DNA of 64,000 nucleotides from Candidatus Kapaibacterium sp. (GTDB lineage Bacteria > Bacteroidota > Ignavibacteria > Kapaibacteriales > UBA4661), in contig JALONG010000004.1 of NCBI GenBank assembly GCA_025455065.1, positions 17,570 to 81,569 of the forward strand, given 5' to 3'. The first letter of the stretch is position 1. The number at the start of each line of letters is the position of its first letter. The translations under genes and the position numbers were made by a program. The notes below the pieces were generated by a model that had not been told where the DNA came from, made no database searches, and worked only from the letters and a program-made list of their open reading frames with translations. Of this stretch, positions 1-9,345 are shown one piece after another.

Positions 1-504
1 GAAGCCGATCGCCGTACCGCCGAAGCCGATAAAGAGCGCAAAGAACTTCGCCAGCAAATCGGCGGTTTACACAACAAATTTGGTTCGTTTGCCGAGGGGC
101 TGCTTTTGCCGAGTGTCAAGCGCGTGTTGTCGGAGGAATTGGGTTTGGAGCAAGTATCGGAGCGGACGCTAAGGAATCGGAAGGTAGATGGGAAAAAATT
201 ATTTATGGAATTGGATGCTTTTGGGTATTCCAACGGCGAGCAGAATGTGGCGTGTATTGTGGAAATCAAAAGTCATCTGCGGGAGGACGGTATTGAGCAG
301 ATTTTACGCCAGTTACGGGACTTCCCGGCGTTTTTCCGCGACCATGCTGACAAGAAACTGTACGGCATGATTGCGGCGGTGGATGCTCCGCAGAACTTGC
401 AAGAACAGGTATGGAAAGAAGGGTTGTATTTGATGTTGGTGCAAGATGAAACGGCAGTATTGACGCTGCCTGCGGGCTTTGTGCCGAAAAATTACGGAAA
501 ATAA
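1..504 (+). CDS. 5'-truncated coiled-coil + PD-(D/E)XK-like protein (DUF3782-like)
   Basis: Frame 1 is open from base 1 (EADRRTAEADKERKELRQQIGGLHNKFGSFAEGLLLPS...), continuing into ELDAFG...IVEIKS, a nuclease-like D...ExK motif. Confidence 0.65.
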   Translation, partial: EADRRTAEADKERKELRQQIGGLHNKFGSFAEGLLLPSVKRVLSEELGLEQVSERTLRNRKVDGKKLFMELDAFGYSNGEQNVACIVEIKSHLREDGIEQILRQLRDFPAFFRDHADKKLYGMIAAVDAPQNLQEQVWKEGLYLMLVQDETAVLTLPAGFVPKNYGK

Positions 505-524
505 AACGGTCTTGTTCGCTGACG

Positions 525-1562
525 TTATGCGCTTTTTCGGCGATTGTGGACAATCGAATACGCCATCATCATAGCCTCCACCGTGCTTCCCTCATTCGCA
601 ATGCCTTTTCCTGCAATCCCAAACGCCGTGCCGTGGTCGGGTGATGTGCGGACAATCGGCAATCCCCCAGAAAAGTTCACACCGCCGCCACCAGCCAAGA
701 GTTTAAGCGGTATCAAGCCTTGGTCGTGGTACATCGCTAGTATTCCGTCAAAATGGCGAAATTCCCCGTGTGCAAAAAAGCCGTCTGCCGGAAATGCTCC
801 TGAAGCCTGAATGCCGAGATTTTGTGCGGCTTGGATAGCAGGTTCAATAATTTCCCCTTCTTCCTTTCCCAACGCTCCTTGCTCTCCGGCGTGAGGATTC
901 AAGCCAAGTACGGCAATTTTTGGGGAGGCAATCCCGAAATCCTGTTTGAGCGAATGATTCATCGCTGTAATGCGCTCCAGCACTCGTTCTTGCGTGAGGG
1001 CTGCTGCCACTTTGTGCAAAGGGATATGCACCGTTGCCAAACCAACGCGCACCGCAGAGCGCTTGGGGTCTAATTCGGCGGCTTCCGTGGCAAGAATCAT
1101 CAGGGGTTTATCTGTGCCGAATCGTGTGGCGAAAAATTCCGTTTGTCCGGGAAATGTCGCTCCGGCGAGGTATAATGCGTGTTTCGAGACGGGCATCGTG
1201 CAGACCGCATCGGCTCTGCCTTCGCGGAGTTCTTTGGCGGCTGTTTCCAATGCTTCCAGCGCTAATGCGCCTCCGGAGCGGTTCTCTATGCCAAAGTCCA
1301 AACGATGTGCCGTTTGGCAAGGAATAATGCCGTATTCACGACCATTCAAACGGAAGCCTGCTGTGGTGCGCTCCGGCGGTGCAATCGCAAGAGTTTGAGA
1401 TAGCGTGTTGGCATATTCCCAAAAAACATCGGGATTGACAATAAGGCGAAATGTGGTGTTTGTGTCTTGAAAAAAAGACTGCTCCGAAAGCCGCACGAGT
1501 GCTTTGATGCAGACTTCCAAGCCGATACCGTTTGCGTCGCCGCAGGTCAGAAGAATGGTCAT
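525..1562 (-). CDS. pdxA: 4-hydroxythreonine-4-phosphate dehydrogenase
   Basis: GDANGIG N-terminus, GLNPHAGE, AMYHDQG and RTSPDHGTAF motifs. Confidence 0.95.
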   Translation of the reverse strand: MTILLTCGDANGIGLEVCIKALVRLSEQSFFQDTNTTFRLIVNPDVFWEYANTLSQTLAIAPPERTTAGFRLNGREYGIIPCQTAHRLDFGIENRSGGALALEALETAAKELREGRADAVCTMPVSKHALYLAGATFPGQTEFFATRFGTDKPLMILATEAAELDPKRSAVRVGLATVHIPLHKVAAALTQERVLERITAMNHSLKQDFGIASPKIAVLGLNPHAGEQGALGKEEGEIIEPAIQAAQNLGIQASGAFPADGFFAHGEFRHFDGILAMYHDQGLIPLKLLAGGGGVNFSGGLPIVRTSPDHGTAFGIAGKGIANEGSTVEAMMMAYSIVHNRRKSA

Positions 1563-1712
1563 AGTGTGAGGTAATGAAGAAAAAGAGAATATACTTGAAA
1601 TCTACTATTTTTTGCGACGGCTTGCAACATACACCGATTTATGCGCAAGAAAAATGCTTGTTTTGCGTCTTGAACAAGGCTGTTCTGACGACACTATATT
1701 GGTCAAATCTTT

Positions 1713-1826
1713 TAGGACTTTCGCAAAAACAATTCACAAGGGGCTAAAGACCCTTGTTAAACAATGACTTACGCAACAAGGGGTTTCAACCCCTTGCCTC
1801 AAAAGTATGGTTTTGCGAAAGTCCTA
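1713..1826. mobile_element. 114-bp MITE-like element
   Basis: Perfect 16-bp TIRs taggactttcgcaaaa (1713-1728) / ttttgcgaaagtccta (1811-1826); TCTTT direct repeat immediately on both sides; two internal palindromes. Confidence 0.75.
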
Positions 1827-1848
1827 TCTTTCATTTTTTCTTGCTGCC

Positions 1849-2640
1849 ATGTTTCAACATTTACCGTGTTTACGCTCTTTACAACGCATTGCTTTGTCCG
1901 TTGCTCTGCTAATAACGTGCTTTTGTCTTGGCGTGCTGCCTGCGCAGACAATACGCCCCCAAGAAACCGCCGTGCAGACACACAGTTGGTGGCATTATTT
2001 CGGAACTCACCGATTGACCAATCAGTGGAGTGTGCATACCGAAGTGCAGATTCGGCGTGCGGATGTTGTTGCTTCATGGCAGCAACTCTTGTTACGAACA
2101 GGCATCAACTATCATTTGACCGATAATATCACGCTGACAGCCGGATATTGCTACGTCGGAACCTATCCTTACGGCGAGCAGCCGATTCGCTCATTCAGAC
2201 CGGAGCATCGTCCTTGGGAACAAGTGTTGGTGCGGCATTTTGAGGGTATCGTGGAATTTCAGCATCGTTTTCGTTTGGAGCAGCGATTTTTGGGAGATTT
2301 TGAAGCGACAGCTTCGCAGCCTGCGGGCGGCGCTGATTATCAAAACCGTATGAGGTATCGTTGCCTTGTAACGGTGCCGTTTTCGGGCGACCGTGTGCGT
2401 GCCGGAACATGGTTTGCAAATGTGTATGATGAGATATTTATCAACTTTGGTGAATCGGTGCGCTACAACGTCTTTGACCAAAACAGGCTCGGTGCAAATA
2501 TCGGTTTCCAATTTTTGCCCAGTGCCAATATCCAAATCGGGTATATGAATCAGACGATTCAAAAACCAAATGGTTTTCAGTTGGAAAGTAACAATACCTT
2601 GATGTTCTTCCTTTTTTACAACCTTGATTTTCGTCAGTAA
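1849..2640 (+). CDS. DUF2490-family outer-membrane beta-barrel protein
   Basis: WxxYFG, EHRPWEQ, HRFRLEQRF, NRMRYR, DEIFINFG and FDQNR motifs. Start moved from 1807 because that ATG lies inside the MITE. Confidence 0.85.
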   Translation: MFQHLPCLRSLQRIALSVALLITCFCLGVLPAQTIRPQETAVQTHSWWHYFGTHRLTNQWSVHTEVQIRRADVVASWQQLLLRTGINYHLTDNITLTAGYCYVGTYPYGEQPIRSFRPEHRPWEQVLVRHFEGIVEFQHRFRLEQRFLGDFEATASQPAGGADYQNRMRYRCLVTVPFSGDRVRAGTWFANVYDEIFINFGESVRYNVFDQNRLGANIGFQFLPSANIQIGYMNQTIQKPNGFQLESNNTLMFFLFYNLDFRQ

Positions 2641-2908
2641 TGACGCGGTTTGTGGCGCTTTTGGGAGAAATTGGCGTGTGCGGAATACCGTGGCGACTAT
2701 GACGTTTTGGCATAGAAAGTCCTGACCATTAGCATCATGTTTTCCAAAGCGAAATCGTGCATTTTTGTAGCAGATACAAACAGCAATCGTTGTAACACTT
2801 CTCGAAGAGATTCGCAAGGACAAGTTCACAACACCCAACGATGTTGCTTTTGTGCTGAGGGTAATATAATGTTCACGATTTTCTTTTTCGCTTTTTGGAG
2901 ATGCAGCC

Positions 2909-3760
2909 ATGAAAGCCACTGTACATACTTTCGACGTGCGCCGCCCTAGCGGTAAAACACTTGAACGCCTGACTTTCGTTTGGTCATTGATTCGGACAAT
3001 CGTCTTTGTGCTGACGTGTTTTCAGTGGGCAAGTTCGCCCTCGCAGGCGCAAAATGACGCTTCGCAGCAAATGATTTTACCAAACTGCTCCGGTGCGAAT
3101 ATTGTTGGGCGGATTGTCTCGGCTGAAAATCCGACCGAAGGCGTTGTGCGATGCCGAGTGCTGGTAAACGGCGCAGATATGGGCATTACGACTGACAGCA
3201 AAGGATATTACGTGATGATGAACATGATGAAAGGGCGCTACACGCTGACCGTTCTTTCGCCAGAAGGTTCAGAAACAGGTGCTTCGCGGGTAGTTGTCGT
3301 GCGCGGGAATGATGTGACTGTTCCTACGATTGCCGTCGAAACACCGCAATATGCCATTTACGGGCGTGTTACCTACGCCCATGACCGCTCACGCGGCTTG
3401 GCAAATGTGAAAATTCGGTTGAATAGCGGTTTGACTGTCAAAACAGATTCGCTTGGTTATTATGCACTGGAGAATGTTCGCTTTAATGGGACGTACACCA
3501 TCACCGCAGAAGCGCACGGATTAACGATTTTCGGGGCAACCCGCACCGTAACCGTTACCCAAACAATGACGCGACAGAATTTTATCGTTGAAAGTCCCGC
3601 AATAGCGGAAAATAACGATGCCTCAGAAAGCCTATCACCACAGCGCTTGCAAGGCAATATTCTACAAAGCAACATTCCGCAAAGTGAAGTATTGATTGGG
3701 CTACCGCGTGTGCATACGAATTTGACACGCAATACAAACGGAAATGTAAACGGAAAATAG
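2909..3760 (+). CDS. Exported protein with two carboxypeptidase-regulatory-like (CarboxypepD_reg) domains
   Basis: Signal-like N-terminus; two repeats of I.GR(I/V)...TDSxGYY...G.YT(L/I)T. Confidence 0.7.
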   Translation: MKATVHTFDVRRPSGKTLERLTFVWSLIRTIVFVLTCFQWASSPSQAQNDASQQMILPNCSGANIVGRIVSAENPTEGVVRCRVLVNGADMGITTDSKGYYVMMNMMKGRYTLTVLSPEGSETGASRVVVVRGNDVTVPTIAVETPQYAIYGRVTYAHDRSRGLANVKIRLNSGLTVKTDSLGYYALENVRFNGTYTITAEAHGLTIFGATRTVTVTQTMTRQNFIVESPAIAENNDASESLSPQRLQGNILQSNIPQSEVLIGLPRVHTNLTRNTNGNVNGK

Positions 3761-3822
3761 TACGAAAAGCAGACTACCAATTAAAGGGGAAATCATAACA
3801 CAGAGATAGCATTACATCTCCG

Positions 3823-3865
3823 AGCCATAGTCCAGTATTGAGGGGGAACTATGGCTTTTATTTTT
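3823..3865 (+). terminator. Probable intrinsic terminator
   Basis: agccatagt/actatggct stem followed by a T-rich tail. Confidence 0.55.
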
Positions 3866-3969
3866 GGTGGTAGTGCAAGAAAAAATGTTACGCAAAAGTT
3901 TCCTTTTGTAGCCACCGAAACAGTAGAATCTTTGCCACAGAAACCTATTTTTACCCACAAGTATCAACA

Positions 3970-4024
3970 CAAATTGGTATAACGCAAATTGGTATAACGC
4001 AAATCGGCAGAATCAGTATAATGC
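3970..4024. repeat. 15-bp tandem repeat (caaattggtataacg x2 plus degenerate copies)
   Basis: Read directly from the sequence. Confidence 0.8.
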
Positions 4025-4045
4025 CAACAACAATACTTCGTACAC

Positions 4046-7000
4046 CTACTTTTTCACCTTCACCAATTCCACCCGACGACACCGCGCACGGTAAATATCC
4101 GTGTTTTCGCCCGTTCTGCGGGGTAAAACTTGCTTTTCGCCTTGCGAACTAGCTTGCAAGCGTTCTGCGGGGATGCCGCGTTTCACAAGTTCGCCGACGA
4201 CAAACTCCGCTCTGCGCTGCCCAAGTTGTTGGTTGTATTCGTCGGACGACACATCGTCGGTATGCCCGGTAATCGTCAAAATCCCCAAGAAATTTTTGAA
4301 CAACAGCAAATTCGCTGCAACGCGGTCTAATTCGTCCTGCCAGCGCACCGCACTCGGAAGTCCGTTGGAATCAAGCACGAAAGGGCTGGGATTGGCGTAT
4401 TCGTTGCTGGGGAAGTTAATCCGCAGCGTTAATGCCTCCGGGAGGCGGAAATTGCGCACAAGAGCGAGGGTATCGGTTTTTCGGTAAATTGCGCTTTGCG
4501 ATGTGAAAAAATATTCGCCTGATTGTGCTGTAAGCCGCAGTAGTACGTCTTTCGGGACAATCATGCGGTATGTTCCGTTTGGCTCTGTCGTCGCCTGCAC
4601 TATCGTCGAATCGGTGTTGTCTTTTTGCGTCACAACAAGCGCCGACGGCACCGGCAAGCCGCTTTTCTCCGCTTCAACGCTTCCGGTCAGGATGACGTTT
4701 TTCCAAATGAGCGGAACGTTCACCTCGCGGCGCGTTGTCGTGTCACGCTTGGGAAGTTGCAAATATGTCGTATCGGCGTAATACTCCGACGCTTGAACGC
4801 TAATACCGACGCTCCGCCCTTTGGGAATGGTGAGGTTGTATGCACCTTCGCGGTCGGTGCGGGTTTCGGCAATTTTCGTATTTGTTGCCACATCGCTTGC
4901 TGTTACAAGCGCGTTTTCAAGCGGTTTTGCTTCGGGCTGCGTGGTGGTAACTTTGCCAAAAACGGTAATTTCTTTTGGCATCCGATTAAGAACAAAATCA
5001 CGTACAACCGTATCGCCCTGCCGCGCAGAGCGAATGTCGAGTTCGGTTGCAAGCGGGATAAAATCGTCCTGCAACGCGGGGTCAATATAGACCGACAGGC
5101 TTTTTCCATAGCCGTAGCGCCGTTGATACCGTGCATTTGCGCCACTTGTCGGCACAATATCGGGTAAACCTTGCGTGTTTTCGTCAATGTTTTCGGTCAA
5201 ACTAATGTCTGCTTGCACAGCATTTCCCAGCGCATCCGCCACTTTTCCGGTCAAAATAATCGGTCTGGCAATTCGCCGCAGCTTCACCGTCGGCATCGTG
5301 ATTGTATCGCCCTTTTGCGCGGTTGTCGCGTCCAGCGTTTTTGTCTCCGTCATGTAATTCACCGTATCGGCAGGCTCAATGCGCACCGCATAGCGCTTGC
5401 CTTCCACAACAGGCGTAACAAAAAGCCCTGCAACCGGCTCTGTTTCTACCGGTCCGATGCTATTGCCGCTTTGGTCGGTCAAGGTGATTTCGGCTGCAAG
5501 CGGCGTACCTGCTTCATTTTGCACCGTTCCTTTGACAACCGTTACTTTCGGCTCTGCGCGGCGATAGGTAATCGAATAGGTCGTGGTAATTTCTCGCCCG
5601 ATGTCGTCCAAAATGCGCTCAAATCGGTCTTTGATGTTGTACTCGCGCCCCAGCGTCAAATACGCCGTTGCAGAACCGTTATTGTCGCACGGCTTCACGA
5701 TTTTGTTCAGTTTGATGCGATTGTTCCAGAGTTTTTCGATGATTTGCGGTTCGACTTCATTCCGCCGCGCCGTGTAGCTGACTTCATCGGTGACGACAAT
5801 CCCGATGCGCTCTGCATTGGGACGAAATTTCATCTGTGCCAGTTCTTCCAGCGCATTGGGCAAATACTCATCCGGCTGATTCGCACCGGCTTTAGCGATA
5901 AATGCTTCAAAGCGCTCAAAATTATCGGTCGGCTGCAACACATCCACCGTGACCAAACCGTAGAGAATCCCACCAATGCGGTAATCCGCGCCGCGTTTGC
6001 GCATTTCTTCGGCAAAACGGCGAGCATTTTCGCGGGTTTCCCTGATTTTATTCGCCATGCTGCCCGAACAGTCAATAATCAAGACCACATCCACTGGCGT
6101 AGAAGCGGCGCTGTCTGCGGGTTTCACCGACACAATGCTTGCTTGTTTGTCCTTCAGAACAAAATCCCCCTCGCCAAGCCCGCGAATACTGCGCCCTTCG
6201 GCATCCACAGCACGAACAATGACGGTTGTTTGCGGAAAACGGCTGTTATCTACATTCAAGACTTGTAGCGCATAGCCCGCACGGGAACTGACTTCGACAG
6301 CATCTCCGGTGATAGATTTGACGGGCGTTTTCGGTTTGTAATAGCGCTCTTGAATGGCATTGTAGAGTTCTTGCGTTTGGGGAGAAAATTTCTCCAGTTC
6401 TTTTGCAAAATCGGGATTGGAATTACGCAGAAAAGAAGCCATAATACTCGGTTTTGCGAGCAGGGAATCAACGGGTGTGCGGCATCCGTCGTCGTCTGCT
6501 CTGTACCCCACAAGCTGCCCCGTATTCCGCACGGGGTCGCTTGAAAGGCGCACAAGCGCTGTCAATCCGGCATCACCGCTTGCAGGCATCGTGCGGAGAA
6601 GCCCGATACCGATTGCACCAACATTCACTTCCACACCAAGCCTGAAGGCGCTTGCGGCAAGATTGTAATTTCCCGACACGATAAACGGATTCCCCAAAAT
6701 ACTGACCTGCGCACTCGCCCCAATATCAAGCCCTAACGCCTCCGGCGCAATCGTAACAGGCAAGCCCAACACACCATTATTGGGAGCAGTGGTGTAATTA
6801 ACATTCACGGTCAAAAATTCTACTGGTGAGTAGGAAGCGCTTGCCGTCCAAAAGAGGGTGTTCGGAGCAGTGCGAACATGGCGAAACTCACTGCCGACGC
6901 GCTCTGTGCGGAAGGTCTCCGCGCCCATGGTTGTCGCCGAAAGCCCAATAAATAAGCCGTTAAAGGGCTTTGCAATAAGCGAACCGTTCCAACGCAGCGT

Positions 7001-7426
7001 TTCAAAAGAAATTTGCTGTACATTGCCCGGATTGACAACTCTTGCGCTGCCACCGAGCCAGAGAATATCATCCAGAACGTTGAATCCCAACCCCGCATAT
7101 AATTCCCCTGTCGCAAGGCTGCTGTCCGCGTTGAGCGTATATCCGACAGCAAGCGGCGCAAGTTTGGCAAAAAAACCGTATTGGCGCTGTAGCGAAAAAT
7201 CTTGTCCAATCGGCGCAGCAACAAGTAATTCCGAGCCGTTGCGCATCCCCAACAGCGCAGGATTCCAGCCGACGGCGCTGGCATCGGTTAAAAATCCCAA
7301 ACGGCGGTTACTCAAATTTTCCGGTGCAAACAGCCGATTTTGTGCGTGTGCAATACCCACAAACACGCATAACCACGCGACAATCACGGCACACCGAAGA
7401 GCAGCAAAGCGGGAGAGCAGCATCAT
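4046..7426 (-). CDS. Large OmpA-family envelope protein: N-terminal barrel-like region, vWA domain, several CarboxypepD_reg-like repeats, C-terminal OmpA domain
   Basis: DASAVGWNPALLG; vWA MIDAS DVVLIIDCSGSM...VVTDE; repeated G.V...TD.xG.Y units; ITGHTD...YNQQLGQRRA...RRVE. Confidence 0.85.
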   Translation of the reverse strand: MMLLSRFAALRCAVIVAWLCVFVGIAHAQNRLFAPENLSNRRLGFLTDASAVGWNPALLGMRNGSELLVAAPIGQDFSLQRQYGFFAKLAPLAVGYTLNADSSLATGELYAGLGFNVLDDILWLGGSARVVNPGNVQQISFETLRWNGSLIAKPFNGLFIGLSATTMGAETFRTERVGSEFRHVRTAPNTLFWTASASYSPVEFLTVNVNYTTAPNNGVLGLPVTIAPEALGLDIGASAQVSILGNPFIVSGNYNLAASAFRLGVEVNVGAIGIGLLRTMPASGDAGLTALVRLSSDPVRNTGQLVGYRADDDGCRTPVDSLLAKPSIMASFLRNSNPDFAKELEKFSPQTQELYNAIQERYYKPKTPVKSITGDAVEVSSRAGYALQVLNVDNSRFPQTTVIVRAVDAEGRSIRGLGEGDFVLKDKQASIVSVKPADSAASTPVDVVLIIDCSGSMANKIRETRENARRFAEEMRKRGADYRIGGILYGLVTVDVLQPTDNFERFEAFIAKAGANQPDEYLPNALEELAQMKFRPNAERIGIVVTDEVSYTARRNEVEPQIIEKLWNNRIKLNKIVKPCDNNGSATAYLTLGREYNIKDRFERILDDIGREITTTYSITYRRAEPKVTVVKGTVQNEAGTPLAAEITLTDQSGNSIGPVETEPVAGLFVTPVVEGKRYAVRIEPADTVNYMTETKTLDATTAQKGDTITMPTVKLRRIARPIILTGKVADALGNAVQADISLTENIDENTQGLPDIVPTSGANARYQRRYGYGKSLSVYIDPALQDDFIPLATELDIRSARQGDTVVRDFVLNRMPKEITVFGKVTTTQPEAKPLENALVTASDVATNTKIAETRTDREGAYNLTIPKGRSVGISVQASEYYADTTYLQLPKRDTTTRREVNVPLIWKNVILTGSVEAEKSGLPVPSALVVTQKDNTDSTIVQATTEPNGTYRMIVPKDVLLRLTAQSGEYFFTSQSAIYRKTDTLALVRNFRLPEALTLRINFPSNEYANPSPFVLDSNGLPSAVRWQDELDRVAANLLLFKNFLGILTITGHTDDVSSDEYNQQLGQRRAEFVVGELVKRGIPAERLQASSQGEKQVLPRRTGENTDIYRARCRRVELVKVKK

Positions 7427-7585
7427 AAATAAGCCCCAAAACGAGGTGAGAAAAATATGCGTAACTTGTAGGTACGCAACTCGTGCTACGCCTTCTTAGG
7501 CGTGGTACGGATTACCCGGTAACAACATTGATGTATCTTGCCTGTGCAAGTTTTCAACCATTTTTATTCTATGTTCAGTAGATTT

Positions 7586-9322
7586 TCATTCCTTCGCAAC
7601 ATCGGCAAACACTCGCCACAAAACACCGCTCACAACCAGCACCAATGCGGCTTGCACCAGATACGCCGACATACTCATCCAAGGACCGTGATTCATAAAA
7701 TACCACTGAAGCGGAAACGTCGTAAATGAGCCGTTGGCGATATTGGCGGCTTGCTGCTGCATTTCGGGGAAATTCATCGTCAGCCAAATTTTTGAACCGA
7801 CAAGACTCATTGCGCTCAAGAGCGCTACCGCCCAAGGCTTCACGGTTATGGTGTTCAGCATACACGCAATAACGACAACAACAAACGGGAGAACATTGAT
7901 GAGTTGCCGCGTTTCGGTCATCATTGTTGCCAAAAGCACGAACACGCTTATCACTGCAAACAAGCCCAAGCCCAGACGTAATGCGGTTCGCAGGAATGGT
8001 CGAAAATACACTGTGGCAAAAAGCACCATCGGACCAAAATACACCGCCGCAGCAACAATCGTCAGAAGCGGCTTCGACACTGCACAGGCAAGACTTCCAC
8101 CCAAAAACAAATCCGTATTCATCGGCGCAGAAAGCGTCTCGTCTTGAATCATGCGCTTCCAGAACATCAACCCGCCCCAAAACACCAGAGCTATCCCTAG
8201 ACGCAGAACAGAGCCTTTCAGCGCTGCGGATTGCACAACGTTCTTGAGACGCTCAAGCGGCAACACAAGCAAGACCGATTCCACCGTAAAAAACCATTGT
8301 GCTAAAAAAAGCGGCATCGTGAGCGGCAAAAGCACGGTAATAACCGGCTCAACTTCGGGAAAGCGCGTTCCGGCTATCAACACAAAATACACGCTCAAAA
8401 GCAGCATCAATGCTGTTGTTGTGGCAGCAATCAAACGCGCAGTGCGTTGGGGGATGCCGTTGGTTGTGTCCGTTACAGCTTGATTTGATGCAGATTGATT
8501 TGATGCGGCTTGATTTGATGCGGTTTTTGGAATAATGAAGAGCAGCATGGCGATATAAAACGCCGTCGGAAATGTGAAAAAACCTATTGCTGCGGCTATA
8601 AGCACCAACCATTGATGCCGCGCCAAATACGCATACAGCGTCAAAGTGCCGATAAACAGTGCGCTCGTGTCGGTCAGTGTGGGATAATAAAAACTCATCT
8701 TCATCACCGCCACATTCACAAACAGTGCCGTAAACCCCAACCACCGCGCCACTGCACCCAAAGCAAGATTTCGCGCAATAAGCGCCCAAAGCAGCGCCGT
8801 TCCAAGCAGCATAAACGCATTATGAAACACAAAATATCCCGCAACAAAACTGTCAATGTTCAAGGCTACACTTTGTTGGGAACTGTTTGCATCTTTGGCA
8901 AACCAGCGAAAAAACCAGAGGGGAATGGGATATTGCTGGTAGCTCCACTCCAACCATGCGGGCAGCTTATCGAACATTGGTACGATTTGCTGATAGAGAA
9001 ATTTTGCGGCTTGCATTTCCCCATAGACTGCAACACTAGGCGCAATGCGCTGCGCACGGTAGGGGTCTATTCGCAAGCGCCCGCGCTCTTGCAATTCGGC
9101 GCTGGACTTATTCCACTGCAAACTCCAGACAACGTTTTTATACGTTACGCCGTCCCACCCGCAACCGCTATTAAGCGCGATAATCTCGCCTTTTTCAAAA
9201 TACAACAGACTGAACAGCGCCACAAAAAGAGGCATAAGCACCAAGTACCACGCAAACGGCTTACGTGCTGGTTTGGAAGCCGATTTGGATTGAGGACGCG
9301 AAGAATTGTTCTTTGTCGGCAT
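7586..9322 (-). CDS. Polytopic membrane protein, possibly GT-C-like glycosyltransferase
   Basis: About 12 hydrophobic segments; GWDGxxY after the first TM helix; YYPTLTD. Function is inference. Confidence 0.55.
   Translation of the reverse strand: MPTKNNSSRPQSKSASKPARKPFAWYLVLMPLFVALFSLLYFEKGEIIALNSGCGWDGVTYKNVVWSLQWNKSSAELQERGRLRIDPYRAQRIAPSVAVYGEMQAAKFLYQQIVPMFDKLPAWLEWSYQQYPIPLWFFRWFAKDANSSQQSVALNIDSFVAGYFVFHNAFMLLGTALLWALIARNLALGAVARWLGFTALFVNVAVMKMSFYYPTLTDTSALFIGTLTLYAYLARHQWLVLIAAAIGFFTFPTAFYIAMLLFIIPKTASNQAASNQSASNQAVTDTTNGIPQRTARLIAATTTALMLLLSVYFVLIAGTRFPEVEPVITVLLPLTMPLFLAQWFFTVESVLLVLPLERLKNVVQSAALKGSVLRLGIALVFWGGLMFWKRMIQDETLSAPMNTDLFLGGSLACAVSKPLLTIVAAAVYFGPMVLFATVYFRPFLRTALRLGLGLFAVISVFVLLATMMTETRQLINVLPFVVVVIACMLNTITVKPWAVALLSAMSLVGSKIWLTMNFPEMQQQAANIANGSFTTFPLQWYFMNHGPWMSMSAYLVQAALVLVVSGVLWRVFADVAKE
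8478..8523. repeat. In-frame 15-bp tandem repeat (ASNQA/ASNQS/ASNQA)
   Basis: ttgatttgatgc core repeated three times with 15-bp period. Confidence 0.8.
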
Positions 9323-9345
9323 GAGGAGGCGGAAATGGTGTGGTT

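Noticed and set aside
1764-2126. 120-aa ORF starting inside the MITE
   Set aside because: Out-of-frame overlap with the DUF2490 gene; no recognisable motifs.
5171-6268. 365-aa plus-strand ORF
   Set aside because: Antisense shadow of the vWA/OmpA gene with atypical composition.
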